Assembly (NCBI RefSeq): GCF_002571385.2
Contig: NW_019217791.1
Coordinates: 1,389,762 to 1,453,761 of the forward strand
DNA length: 64,000 bases
Direction of reading: 5' to 3'
Source: Stylophora pistillata
Lineage: Eukaryota
Under the pieces are notes generated by a model. It did not search any database and was not told the origin of the DNA. It saw only the letters and a list, made by a program, of their open reading frames with translations. Made by a program: the position numbers and the translations under genes. Numbering within the stretch: the first letter of the stretch is position 1; the number at the start of each line of letters is the position of its first letter. Positions 23,234 through 36,615 of this stretch are shown here, one piece after another.

Positions 23234-26200
23234 CTCTTCTGGGACAAAAATGGAGTTAAAGTCCTGAACTGATAAAAACTGGCTACTCTTGTTCCTGGAT
23301 ATAAAGAAATGGATCGGTGAAACAAATGAACCCAACAGAATACTTTTCGACTGAATGTCATAGAAACAAAACCAGAGAAATCACAACAACGAAACAACAC
23401 AAAGCGGGACAAGTATAACAACTCAATCAGCGTCTGACGAAGCTTCATTTATGGGAAAGATCCTTGTGCCTCCAGCAAAATGCTACCGTTGTAAGATGAA
23501 TAAGTTGAAAATATTTCGTTGTGAGGATGTGCGTAGAACAGATAATCTTACCGTGCAGTAGATTAGCTTCGTATATCTTCTTTCCGAGTAGGACTTTTAC
23601 TTAACAATTGGTTCATGCTTTAGCGTGCGAAAAAAAGTTATGGAGCACGCGGGAAGTTTAGAGAGCACGAAAGAAGCGTAAGAGTTGCCCAAAAAAATAG
23701 CCGAGGGCAACTCCACTGCTAAAAAAACATAAGACATTGCAATAAATTTGAAAAAAAATTGAAGGGATTTCCCGCCTCTTTAAAGATATCTATCATTTGA
23801 AAGGAAGCTGTCGTTACTTATGTTATCTTTCACCACGCTCTGTCTGTCAATGTTTTCGAGTCCAGCGGCTGCCTGAAGTCCATAATCTTCGATTATTCTG
23901 GTCAAATCAGTTGTGGTGTTTTCGGTCTAGTAAAATAAGAATAAAATAACAAGTTGAAAAGTTTTCCAGAGTGCTGAATTACAATCGGCACTACGTTGAA
24001 CAGGAAAGAACAAAATGGTTAATCAGCAGGATACCTGTTTAGTTAAAAGAAAATTTAAAAAAAGAAAAGTTCTAAGTTTCCTTTTTGCCTACTTTTGTTT
24101 CCTCAAAAAAATTTGCTAAAAAAAATCAAATACGTTTTTGTAAATCTGGCATGAACCGTTATTTCTTAATGTTTTCATTTATACTTACTTATGCACACCA
24201 TTTGACCGTTGTGTTACTTTTAACTAAAATATGTTTTGCCTTGGCAGTGGTTCATTTTGTTACACACCCATGGCTTTGCTCTACAGTGGTGATTCCTGCA
24301 TCTAAACTTTGAAAATACTTTGCGGCATTGCATATTGCAAATTGTTTCTGAACAATAGGTCTCTCGCAGATCATGAATAACACCCTTACAGCATCCCCAG
24401 TAAGTCTGATACGACAACCAGTGATCGATCCCACCACAAGTATATCGATGCCACCACAAGTATAATTCACGCAGTTCACCGATCCCGCCTGGCAACCTGT
24501 GTTGGAAGATCGACAAAAACATTCCAATGAGTGATCTTCCACTAAAAAAAAAAAAAAGGGTAAAGGTGTCATCAACTTTTAAACTCGGTTAGACTGTCAC
24601 AATTTTTTATAAAAAGATCGATTTAAAGAAAACGGAAGAGTATTTTCCAATCCATTGAAAAGCGTTCGACTAATGAGCGCCAAGAATGCTTAAATTTGCG
24701 TCGCTAAGTGACTTTGTTTGGAATATGAGAAATAAAAGATCATTAGTAGCTCGTAGACTCCCTGACTCATTATTACTAGTTATGTTTTTTTGGTGACTCA
24801 CCAAGAAGCACTCTTGCTCACAGCTCAAAATGCATCCTCTTTTGGGTACTTGCAATTTTCTTAAATTGTTATTTACTATCACCGTATGTTGAACAACTTA
24901 CTTGCTATTGACCTTTTAATGCGATTTCTTATTCTTGATTCTGTAGATATCAATTAAAAATAATAAAAAGCAGACAAAACTGAAAAAATGTTCAACGCTC
25001 ATGATAGCCTGATGCATGCGATATTTACAATGATGAGCTTAACACTGAAACAAGTTAACTATACAAGATGGCATGGTGTTGATTCCTCTGCCCTTCTATA
25101 AGGGAAGAAGACACTGATCCTTCACCAATGATCACCTTACCTTCCAGGTGAGGAAAAAAAAGGTAACTTTTCAAAGCAATATTCGATATTTTGCTACAGT
25201 TGGACTTGAGAGTAAAAAAAAACGCCAGTTCCTTCAAAATTACCTCTTCACAGTCTATCGGATTGTCCAACAGATTAAAAAAAACAAAAGCAAAAAATAA
25301 AAAAGCAAGGAGACATAAAAAGTGATAATCTTAGCCTAAAAAAAGCCTTCTACAGCGGCAATAAAGGCGTTCTTATAGAATTATGGGGGAGGGGTGGGAA
25401 AAAAAAAGCTTTGATGATACAAAAACAAGCTTCAAATGAACTAAGCGTGCGAAAAGATTAAAAAAAAAATATTTCTCACAAGATGTCGCGAAATCACTCC
25501 TTCGCTTAATACATTTTTGGGTACACCTATTCATTCGTAAAAATCAAAAATCAGTTGAGGAGAGAACACGTCTTTTAGGTTTCTCATCACAGAGATGTAG
25601 AGGCAGGATAAACAATAGATACGAGCAAATCTGCGAGTATCCAACGAATTTCGTCGTCAAACGCAAAATGTTGAACTTACAAGATATAGTTACCCGTATG
25701 CAAACTTACAGTACACGCAAGTTCCGTGGAAGATCAAAAACTTACTCAGATGACAAAGAAGATATCGCGTTACTTGAAAGATCTCTAAAACATGAAAACA
25801 TATGGGTAACAAGGGGGTAAGTCTCAAAAAAAAGTGTAGTGCTGCGTCGGTGGGGGTAACAAAGTAATTTGGTTTTATCAACTAAGTTTATAATGTCACT
25901 TGGCCACCGTAAAGAGTTTAAAAGCTGTCTTACAACTCTTATAGCTGTCTAGCTTCTCGCCAGCAAACTTGGGGCCATATAAAGTTTTTTTTCAATTGAC
26001 ACATGAAAAAATTATTTCTTGTTGTCATGCTGTCACCAGTGAACCGCTATGTGACATCCAGTAAGACGTCTGCGATCATCAATTTACGGGAAACGTTCAG
26101 AGCTTCGATTGATATAAGAATACAGTCAAAAAAAAAAAAGCGGTCCCGCACGGGGACCGGGGAATGGCTGGAATTAGGATATTATGAAAAAAAAAAAAAA

Positions 26201-27156
26201 AAAAAGAAAGAAAAACTGATAAAAACGTCATTTATGCCATAATTGACCACTTAAAAAAAAAAACTCGCACAAAAAATAGTACCAATATTTATTTCGGAGA
26301 TAGATATGGATTAAAAAAAACTTGAAAGATTATTCTTAGTTGTACTTGAGTGGATATAGGCTGATAGTTTCGAAAAAAAAAGTTTGGGGCTGCGTCGGTG
26401 GGAGTAACGAAATAATTTGGATATATCAACAAAGTAAAAAAAGTAAATTGGCCACCGTAACGATTACAAAAGCTGACGTTTCGAGCGTTAGCCCTTCGTC
26501 GGTACTTGGGTGGTCCCGTGACCGTTCAATTCAGGTGGAATACAATACAAACAGGCCGTTGGGACTAACAGGGGGGTTTCCGCCTAATAGAGGTGAAATT
26601 ACAGTACGTAATTAAGGGAAAAAAATTTCGGGAATTCGAAAACCGATTGTGCAGTGTCGCTTAATACAGATTCCACTGTAAAAAAAACACTGGATACTAT
26701 AGAGTGGCAGACGTCGGGCCAGATCCGAAATAACAAAGAAAAAAAAACAGAAATAAGCAGCGAATATTAGCATTTCCCCTCCATGTTGGAATTTCCACCT
26801 TAAAAAAACAAGCCTAACGCAGAACAATCTTAAAGCTACAAGCAGCTGCGTGCTGTAACTATCAAATCTAAAGCTTTACAAACGTAAAATCTGGTACCCT
26901 AAAACAAAATATAATTCATGAGAAAGCAAGCTCACAGATACTTAGTATCGTCAGGTAGTCGAACGGGAAGATTCTTGAGATTTCGCCCACTGCAATCGGC
27001 TAAGAGTCCTGGAAAACTTTGTTTTTGGTCTCCTGAACACTCACAGACTCCGCCACAAGGAAAATTGTCCGCCTTTACATACAAACTCCAGATCAACAGC
27101 AGTGAAAAAAAAATTAGTGATGCCAAGGTAAGCAGTATCAAAAGATTGTGCAGCAA
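23234..27156 (-). pseudogene. N-terminal exons of an LRR-containing adhesion GPCR (signal peptide + LRRNT, LRRCT-like, Cys-rich and GAIN-like exons)
   Basis: 27156-26936: hydrophobic leader plus CGGVCEC...DCSGRNLKNLPVRLPDDTKYL|gt; about 25277-25141 NPIDC exon; RIKR mini-exon at about 24902-24940; Cys-rich exon about 24541-24190; RVASFYQFRTLTPFL exon ending 23234. Start ATG not identified; several stops/frameshifts. Confidence 0.55.
26468..26502 (-). ncRNA. Degenerate hammerhead remnant of a second repeat family
   Basis: Minus strand reads cCGACGA-agggctaacgctc-GAAAC-GTC-agcttt; core has C in place of U and the stem I 5' arm is missing; adjacent repeat recurs at about 25840-25927. Confidence 0.4.
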
Positions 27157-29587
27157 CTGAGTGCAATGTCAAAACAAATGAGTTACAGTTAACCGCGAGT
27201 ATTTGGTTCGTTAGCCGAACAAAAATACTGGGTAATCCACGTGGTGCGTTAGAGCGCGGAATCTGAAAGTCTCCCGAGACGAAGAATTGAAAAAAAAGCC
27301 ACGCATGAAAAGAAGAAAAATACATTTCTTCAACATTAGCAGAGCTCTGCGCACCTGATTCTTCTAGTCTTGAGTGCAGCTTGTTCAGAGCGCTAGCGAA
27401 ATTAGGCCCGCAAAAAAATAGAGTTTTTTGTTTGTTTAATTTAAGCGAAAAGTCTGTCAGAAAGTAGCGCAAAAAAAAAGTGACCCCCCAATTTGAAAGA
27501 CATGCCAATTTTTGCTAATCTTCAAAGGACCCCAAAAAAATGCCTCGGAGGCTTCCAAATTTTGGTTAAACAAATAATAAAGTTTTTTCAACCAAAAAAA
27601 AGTCATTTTGTGCAAGATATGTCTGGAAAAAAATTCAGTGAGAAAAATACTTTAGAAAAAAACTCTAGTTTGGCGCGCAGGATTTTCCTTGTCCATCGGA
27701 CCCCTTTTCTTTCCAAAAAAAAAAAAATCTGAGCGTTGCTTTTTTTCGAACGTCTGTGACTCGTTCCCTGGGCCCGGAAAAAAACAGTAGTTCTTTTACC
27801 AGCTGATAGATTGTTCTCTCGCACTTGGTAATAAAATTGTCGCACTTTGCAACACCTGTCGGCACTTTGTAATAAGAAAGCTATCGCACTTTGCTATTAT
27901 TATTATCATCGATATTACTATCATCATTAATATCGTTGTTGTTGTTATTATCTTCAGTACAAAAAAAATTATTATTACTGATCCAACTAGTATCTGGAAA
28001 GTACGAATTCGAATCCCATCGAAGACTAATTTTTTATTTTCGTTTTTTAGGCTTCTTTTTCGCAATTGCTTTACTTGAAGAGCCATAATTGGAACAATTA
28101 TGGCTCTTGCTTTTAAAAATTGAAGCTCACACGAGAGGATCATGGTTTTATTTGCTTTCAATTCGCAAATAAAAAAAATCTACTCTATTACAAATTGCTA
28201 AGTACAATAATGGTCTGTAATTACATAGAGCGGCAGCTTTCTTATTACATGCATTACTGGAAAGTGCGACAGATGTTTCAAAGAGGACAAGTATTCAAAG
28301 TCCAACGATTATTGCGGAGTGTGACGGAATATACAGCCTGAGTTCAAATCGACCGTGCCCAAATTAGTAATATGTTGGCGAGAAGTGAAAAAAATTTCCC
28401 GATAGAACCTCGTCCGGCGTGTCTTGTATCGCTTCGTTTTCTCCGCTTAAAAAAATTTAACACAATTGCTTCCCCTTTCTGTGAAGTGCATTGTCAGGTG
28501 AAATCTTCGAAAAAAACCATAATACGTTGGCCACCTGTCCTAGAAGCTCGCCAAAACCACAAAACATCTTTATATTTCCATACTCCTCTACCTTATTTCA
28601 GTTAGCCTGAATAAAAATATCATGGGGAAAGAAAAAAAACCTTTGCTCTGGGCCGAGATTAAAAGCTGCATTTTTACAGTCTTGGCTGCAGCAAAAAAAA
28701 GTTTGGCAACTTAACTGAAAAATAATTTTCAATGTAAAAAAAAAAAACTTTTAAAAAAAAAACTTATGTGCTTTGTTCAATTCTCAGAAAAGACTAATTG
28801 ATCTCAACACACAAAAAAAAATGAACGCCTCCATTTTTAAATTATCAGAAGTGAACATTTTATTTCTTCATACGACATCCATGTAATATCTGGCAAACAG
28901 GTTTTGAGAATACTCAAACTTCGCAAGTAGAAGCTGTTATCGGGATCTAAACCCAAACTCTCATAACTGATTTAGAAGGGAAAGTGTGGCAATTAGAGGG
29001 GAGAATTAATAATCAGATCGTGGGTACGGGGTCATCTAGACTTGCTCACAATTCGCGCAAAAAAACGCGTAGCGCGACGGCGAGCGCGACGGCGAGCGAG
29101 CCGACAGAAAACCAAGCGAACGACTTTGAGGAAGTCTAGGGGTCATCTAAAAGGTGTCCGTTGAAAATAAACCAAGTTGCAATTTTCGTGTCTTCAAGTT
29201 CTTCGTTCGCAAACCGTTTTTATTCTATTCATTCTTAGCTTTCGTTTTTCTGAGTATCACCTTTTTCGACTTTTATTTCCTCCAGACCTAGTGTTTCATA
29301 GCAAAAAAAACGGCGTAAACTATCTTGACCTTAAGTTTACTGCACCGTGATTAATTCAGTTTCTTCTATTTTTAACTGTTTGTTTGCGTAGTGAGTGCTT
29401 GACGTGTAGCCAAGATGACAGTTTATGTCTGCCGGCCAGGATTCCCCGGTGATTGGGTGTCACAAAAGCTGTTGTTATATATTGTATATAGATTCAAATT
29501 AGTACAATTCATGCTGTGAATTGTACTACTTCACGAGCATTTTGAACTCGAGTCACGCACTGTACAGAGTAATTGCTGAGAAGAAAC

Positions 29588-32174
29588 ATGTTTTCAGATC
29601 TTGTAACGCCGTTGTCAGCAATCTGTGTATTTTTACCACTGGTCACTCCAATAAAAGTATCTACAAAGTATGGAGACATAGAAGGTGTCGTCGCGTCGAC
29701 GTCATATCCAAGTGTCTCGGGGCTCCCTTAAAAAAATGTCAGGAAATTTCTTGGCGTTCCTTTCGCTGCTCCACCGGTTGGTGAGCTCAGAAAAAAACCA
29801 CCTGTACATCCAGTCGTTTGGAGACCGAATGTTCTCTCGGCGAAAAAGCATGGGAACATTTGCATGCAGAGCAGAGAGTATGATACTTGGTACAAAACAT
29901 TCTCTGCAAACTAAAAAAACAGCGAGGATTGCTTGTATCTCGACGTATACACCCCAAATGTTAGGACGAGTTTAAAAAAAATGGTTTACATTCACGGTGG
30001 AAGCTTCACCAACGGTGCAACCATCACATACCCGAGCGACATCTTGGCTCTTCACGGGGTGGTTGTTGTTGTGATTCAGTATCGTCTCGGTCCGTAAAAA
30101 AACTTGACGACTGGCGATTCTTCGGCTCCAGGGAATTTTGCAATGCTGGATCAAGTGGAAGCACTTAAGTGGGTTCGGGATAATATTGCTAGTTTTGGCG
30201 GAGATTCCAACAAGGTGACGATATTTGGAGAAAGCGCCGGCGCGGCGAGTGTCAGCCTTCACTTACTGTCGCCTCTATCGGAGGGTCTCTTTCATCAAGC
30301 CATTGTAGAGAGTGGGGTGGATTTGAGTTCCTTTGCGACTCAGCCTGTTTCGTTTGGCCTTCACTACGCGGAAGAACTTGCTAAAAAGCTAAAGTGCCCC
30401 ACAACTAGTCACAACAAAATGGTCTCTTGCATCCGCTCGAAGAGTGCTATGGAGATGCAAGAAAAAAATGAAATGTTGACATTCAAGCTCAAAAATTATC
30501 TTATGTGGGCGCCAGTTGTAGACAACCATTTTCTCCTTTCCGAACCGCGAGACCTGCGTGAAAAAGGAGAGTTCACGAAAGTCAAATTTATGATCGGCTT
30601 CATGAGCCATGAAGGTGCATCCTATCTTGAACCGATCGCCAAATGGACTTTTGGATTAAACGAAAATGTAGAAGACGGAGTAAGCCCAGCCTTTTTCAAG
30701 AAATTAAAAAAAGCATTTGCTCGTGTTGGGATTACTGAGTGAGTCACTTTTTATTATCAACCTTTTAAAAAAATTTCCATCAGAGTCAAGTGAATCATTC
30801 ACTTGACTCTGATGATGACTTCCGCACAAAAAAACGAAACGTCAGTCACTACCATCGACAACAGTCCTTCTCAGGACTACACTCATCCAAAAAAACAGAC
30901 TACACCTTCACTCACTTTTTATTATCAACCTTTTTTCGAAATTTCTGCTAAAAAAAGGTCTTACTTGGTCCAACTCGAGCGAAGGGCCTAATGCATACCG
31001 TTCTTAGCGCAACTACATGTCAAATTTGACATGTTTCGTATCTCGGTCAGAAGTTAATTTTCTGTCCAGTAAAAAAAAGGCCTGTGTATTATAAGAAGTC
31101 ACATGTGCCGTATAATATAAGAGACACACCGCACAAAAAGTCACACTGCTTTTCAGAGTTGTAAGCAATGTGTCATTACTGCGTATCCCCAGCAAAAAAA
31201 TAGTATGTTTCATATGTAATTTTGCGTGTTATGTCACACAAACACAATGCATGCTATTCAGACTGCGCGTAACGCTTGTCACGTTACATGTCATATTCAT
31301 CCTCTATATGAATATTTCACGTATCATTTTCCGATTAATGTAGCGCGTTCAACGCTGCATGTCATTCTGTACGGCACAACTGACGAGAGTGTCACGGTAT
31401 ATGACAAACTGTATCATCACTCCGGATGTCACGCTACAGATCGGCCGTTTCATAGCACTGCGTGTCACATTATCTCTGCTTATGTCACGCTTGAGGAGGG
31501 ATGTGGTATGCTGTATCTCTAAAATATTTGATCACTTTATTACTTTCAGGAAGAAGAATGCTGACCTCATCGCAGGCGCGCTAGAGTTCATGTACACCCC
31601 ATGGCCTGATAATAGTGAAAAATTCGCACTAAGAAGTCAACTTGTAGACTCCATCGGTGACTCTGTGTTCGTCGCACCAAGAAAAAAAGTCGCGGATATT
31701 CACAGCCAGTATGCCGAGGTCTACATGTACGAGTTTGCCCATCGCTCAAAGAACAGTAGCTACTATGCTGAATGGATGGGCGTGGCACATGGGGAGAACC
31801 TTCAAAAAAACTTCGGTATCCCAGTGCTGCCAAATTTTCCTGAATATGACGCAGCCGATAGAAACGTCAGTTTGTTTGTCATGGCAGTGTATGCAAACTT
31901 TGCCAACTTCGGCAATCCAACGCCTCAACCAGTCAGCGGTGTTATGTGGGAAAAGTATAACTCAAGCCACAGGGCTTATCTCCACAAAAAAAACAAATCC
32001 AAGATGGCAGCTTCTTTCGCTCCTCGTCGAATGTCATTTTGGAATAAAAAAAAACCCAAACTGAAAGAGGTAAATTTTGATTTGAAGAGTTCCATAGTCA
32101 GTGCAGTAAGCTCTAATGCTGCTTTGGCGACATATCTCCTGCTTGGAGTTATTATCAGTGTGACAATATTCTGA
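29588..32174 (+). CDS. Type-B carboxylesterase CCE-4, 2 exons (29588-30738, 31550-32174), about 591 aa
   Basis: One continuous frame from ATG 29588 (MFSDLV...STKYGDIEG...[10 protein letters not shown]...HGGSF...FGESAGA...SHEG); the three TAA stops (29729, 29912, 30095) each coincide with an A7 artefact block; phase-2 GT-AG intron; GVAHGEN in exon 2. Confidence 0.88.
30778..30911 (+). mobile_element. Penelope-type hammerhead-bearing insertion (copy 3) in the CCE-4 intron, with 34-nt target-site duplication
   Basis: TGACT-CTGATGA...GAAACGTC-AGTCA at 30804-30848 (stem II 3' arm overwritten by the artefact); flanks 30744-30777 and 30912-30945 are direct repeats. Confidence 0.72.
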
Positions 32175-33898
32175 AATAACACGCGTGATGTTATCATACC
32201 ACATGAGATAACTCACTCGTCCTTGAAACTAAAAAAACATAGGTTTGATACTTAGGTTGATAAAAAGGAAGAAATCACTTTGCAATTTACTCTCCTACAC
32301 TTTTTGATTAGATTCGAAAGTGAAACTGTCTTAAATATAGTAGAAAAAGGATAAAATTTAACAGATTGAAAATAATTACAATTTAGTCTGTTTTAACCAC
32401 ATGCAAACCTCTTAAAAAAAAATCGTCATCATCAGTATCATTTATTGGCCACACCAGAATTGATATTAATACAAATTCAATGGTATGGTAGAATTAGGAG
32501 GCCTTCTAGAAACCACCAGGCTTCTTGGGGGGCTGTGGGGGCACCTCAGTTGTCATGTTTGTAATTAAGTTGTGGACGTGTGGCTTGGCTTAAGAAAAAA
32601 AAAGTGGCAACGTAACACCTCCATAAGGAAAAAAAGAACACCTCCTTTCTGATCCTGAAAAAAACGTGAATAAAATAAAGGCCGTTTACCTGCCTTTACC
32701 CGATTGTAATTGTATCCTAAAAAAATTTTTTTAACTCTGAGGTTCTAGCTTCTTGAGACCATTGTTAAATAGCATATTAAAAAAAAGGGAGAAAGTTTCT
32801 TTTTTTATTGTTTCGAATGTTTTTCTAGAGATAATTAGCCAACATAATGAGAAAATACAACTCTCAGCTGTAGTCTCAATAATGAGATTTTGTTTTAAAA
32901 AAAAAAAATGATTAGTGACCAAAAATTACCAAAAAATACAAAAATAACAATTCCCTCACTGTAAAAAAAGGGAAGTAAGGCCGACGAACTGATCCACCAG
33001 AAATCGTATAATTTGATTGTTATAAAAAAACGATATTGCAATTATTGGATCTGGCAAAAAGACAATACAAAAACCGTTTCTATCAAAAAAAAACTAAATT
33101 CTCCTACAATAATTCGATTCCAAAATAACTCAAAACATAATTTGAAAAAAAAGTTTTACTTACTTCTGTGGTGGGCCGTTGGCTACAGGTTAGCTTAAAG
33201 ACTTGAAAAAAAATAGCAACTTATACAAGACCTTTCCTTTTGAAATTTATTTACCGACTGAAATGTGAAAAAAAGTACAAAGCTTAAATGTCAATCAATG
33301 TTCTAAATTACGTGATTCTCATTCACTTTTAACGAAACACTCACTTGTGTCGAACTAATCTCCTTCACAGCCGTCAATTGATCTCGTCAAAAAAAACACT
33401 CTAGGGAAGAGAGTGCGTTGTGTGACTAGACCAAGACTGGTTTCCAGCATAAAAAAATTTTTTTTCCCTTGAAATATTTAAATTCTGCACATTTATCGTT
33501 TCAAAAATATCGGTGGGGTAGGTTCAGAGCCACCTTGAATTGCCGCAAAGCTTAAGTGGCTCTCAACCTACTACGCAGATTTTTGAGAAACTTTATAAAA
33601 AGATGAATCTTTGGTATAATACAATTAAGGGTGCTGTAGCATTGCTATGGTGACTCTTGCATCAGGGACAATACCGTAACTTGTGCAGTAGTAATAATAA
33701 CTCAGGCCAAGCTTTTCTCTCTCGGATTTATGGCCCAAGCGCAACGCATGGAGCCAAAAAAACGATAAGAGATATCTTGTATCGAGAAAACTGGGGAAGT
33801 GAGATATCTACTATATCTCTGAGTTCAAATTAGAGGGGAAAGACCTCAATTCCAAAAAACCTTTTGGACAATGAAATAAAAAAAACTAAATTGACCAG

Positions 33899-36615
33899 TC
33901 ATAGCGCAAAGTAAAAAATGCCAAAGGAGAGAGTTGTCAGAAAAAGTGTTGTGCTGCACACATTTTCACCAGTACCGCTGGCCACATATTCCTTGGTATC
34001 AAACTTGACTTGCTCAAGCTTTGGATAGTAATCATTCCAGAACGCCATTCGACGCGGGGCAAAAGACGCCGCCATCTTAGGTTTCGTGTCAACTCGAAGA
34101 TAAGCCCTTAAGCTTGAATTGAAAAAAACCCACACAACACCGCTGACTGGTTGTCGCGTTGGATTTCCGAACTTAGCAAAGTTTGTGTACAGTGCCATAA
34201 TGAACATACTGACGTTTTTGTCATCTGCGTCGTAACGGGAAGAAAATCGTGGGATTAGAGGAATGCCAAAGTCGTAATGTCTATTCGCACCATGGACCAC
34301 GCCCATCCAATCAGGAATGTTAGTAACCATCTTTGAACGATGCGCAAACTCGAGTATGTATACCGAAAAAAACGAACTGTGGATATCGGCGACCTGGTGA
34401 CTAGGTGCATAGTATAGGAAATCGCCAACGAGGTCTATAAGTTGACTCCTCAGCGCGTATTTATCAATTTTATCGGGCCATGGGGTATACATGAACTCCA
34501 AGGCATCCGCAATGAGGTTTGCGTTTTTTTCCCTGCAAGAAAGTCAAGAAAGCAGAGCAGATAACTTTTGCTTGCGTTATCTCGAATAACACTAGGAGCG
34601 ACGTACTAAGTAATAAGCATAACTAGAAATGTAGTTTGTTTTCGTATTCGTCGATTGAAGAAGTGCCATTTTCCCAAGAGTATAAATTATGTGGGGACTG
34701 GATGCGAGTCTATCACCAGTTCCGTTTCATTCGAAATGAAGATGAGAGATCTGGAAACAGAGCCCCTCAAGGGGAAGGGAGCTGAGCAGGAGACCATACG
34801 ATGAATAGTTTTATGGTTGGTTTTAGTCATTGGGGCACTTTCGGACCCCATTGGAGGAGAGGTGCTTAGCCGAAAACGCGAGTGACACGCTCGGAAGGGC
34901 AGAACCGCGAGGGTGACTTCTCGCGATTTCTCGCTTACGCGTGCCGGTCGTAATAACAACTGACCAGTTTTGCCGGATGACTCATATCAACCTTGGTTTA
35001 CCCTATTATTACATCCATTTTGAAATCACCGGTGGTAAAAAAAATCTGATTGGTTCTCATTGATGCGATTTATTCACGAATCGCATCATTTTTTGCTAAA
35101 AAAAGCATCATTTTACACTTGACTGAGTTTTTGACAAATGAGGTCAAAGTCTTTCTCTAAAAAAAACAAAATAAGATGTAAAAGCATTTCCGGTTCCACT
35201 TTATACTTAAAAACCGGCTAAAAAAAGCATCAATAAAATATTTGAATTGACCAAGTCCTATATTTGGGCGATTTCAAAATAAAAAAAATAAAGTGGTAAT
35301 TGAACCTCGAGTCGTGCAACTTTGGTCTGAAATCACTCTTGAAAAAAAAAATCGAACTCGCGCTGTACGTTCGTTCGATTTTGAAATCACGCGTATGATT
35401 TCAAAAAAAATTGCACTCCACTCAGTTCATTTACCATTATGAATCAAATCTGTCTGACAAGCTAAAAAAACGCAGACTCTTTATAACAAAATTTACTTTT
35501 ACTTACCTGTTGGTCTGACCATGCAAAAAAAGTGTTACGTATCCTTTAAAGAAAGACGGACTCGAACCGTTGATCAAATTTTTAAAAAAAAATCCACCCT
35601 CCTGGCTGTTAAAGGTAATCATAAACTTGGCTTTCTTAAACTCTCTAAAAAAACGCAGATTCCGGGGGGTGTCAGGAAGAAAGTTTTTGTCCATCACTGG
35701 TGCCCAGCGTAGGTATCCAGTGAAAATATACGTTATTGAGTCGGATGCGTCTTGTATCTCCTTCGCTTCTTTCTGACGAATGCAGGCCATCATTTCGCTG
35801 TGGTCGCCTGTTGGGCAGTCCAGGTTTTTAGCTAGTTCACTGGCAAAGCGGAGACCAAAGGAAGTCGGCTGAATTGCAAAGGAGCTCAAAAAAAAAACGC
35901 TCTCTGCAATGGCTTGATGGAAGAGGCCTTTAGACAATGGGGAAAACAGATAAAAAAAGACACCTGTTCCACCAGCGCTTAATCCAAAGATGGTCACCTT
36001 GCCGGGATCCCCACCAAAATTTTCAATGTTCTCTTTGACCCACAGGAGTGCCGCGACTTGATCCAGCATTCCAAAATTACCAGGGGATGCAGAATCCCCG
36101 GTCGTCAGAAAACCGAATGGACCAAGGCGATACTAAAAAAAGACTACTACCACTCCGTGTAAAGCCAAAATATCCCCGGGAAATGTGACTGTAGCTCCAA
36201 ACTCATACGATCCGCCGTGAATGTAAAACATCACGGGTAATCTTGATTTGACATCAAAAAAAAAGATGTCAAGATACAAGCAGTCCTCGCTGTACGTGAT
36301 ATTTTGGACAAACTTTTTGAACCGTTGTTCATAGGCTTTGCTTTGCCAGCAAACATTTCCGTGTCGTTTAGCCGAACGAAAAAAAGGTTCCCATCTAAGA
36401 GGCAGTTCTGGTGGCTTGAACCTAAGCTGTGAAGTCGGTAAAAAAACGAATGGAACGCCAAGGAACTTGTTGACATGCTTGAACGCAAAAGAAAAGTTGG
36501 AAAAAAAAGTCACAAAACCTTCGATATCTCCATATTTTGTTGACACTGTTACTGAAGCGGTGGAAGGCAACCAGACACAGAAGACCATCAATCGAATTAG
36601 CATTCTGGCCCTCAT
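33899..36615 (-). CDS. Type-B carboxylesterase CCE-5, 2 exons (36615-35507, 34532-33899), about 580 aa
   Basis: [12 protein letters not shown]...[42 protein letters not shown]; the single stop at 36133-36135 and the FF runs coincide with artefact blocks; phase-2 GT-AG intron. Confidence 0.88.

Noticed and set aside
29588-36615. CCE-4 and CCE-5 as pseudogenes or recoding/editing targets
   Set aside because: Every stop coincides with an A7 block on the 61-nt grid and the frames are otherwise continuous.
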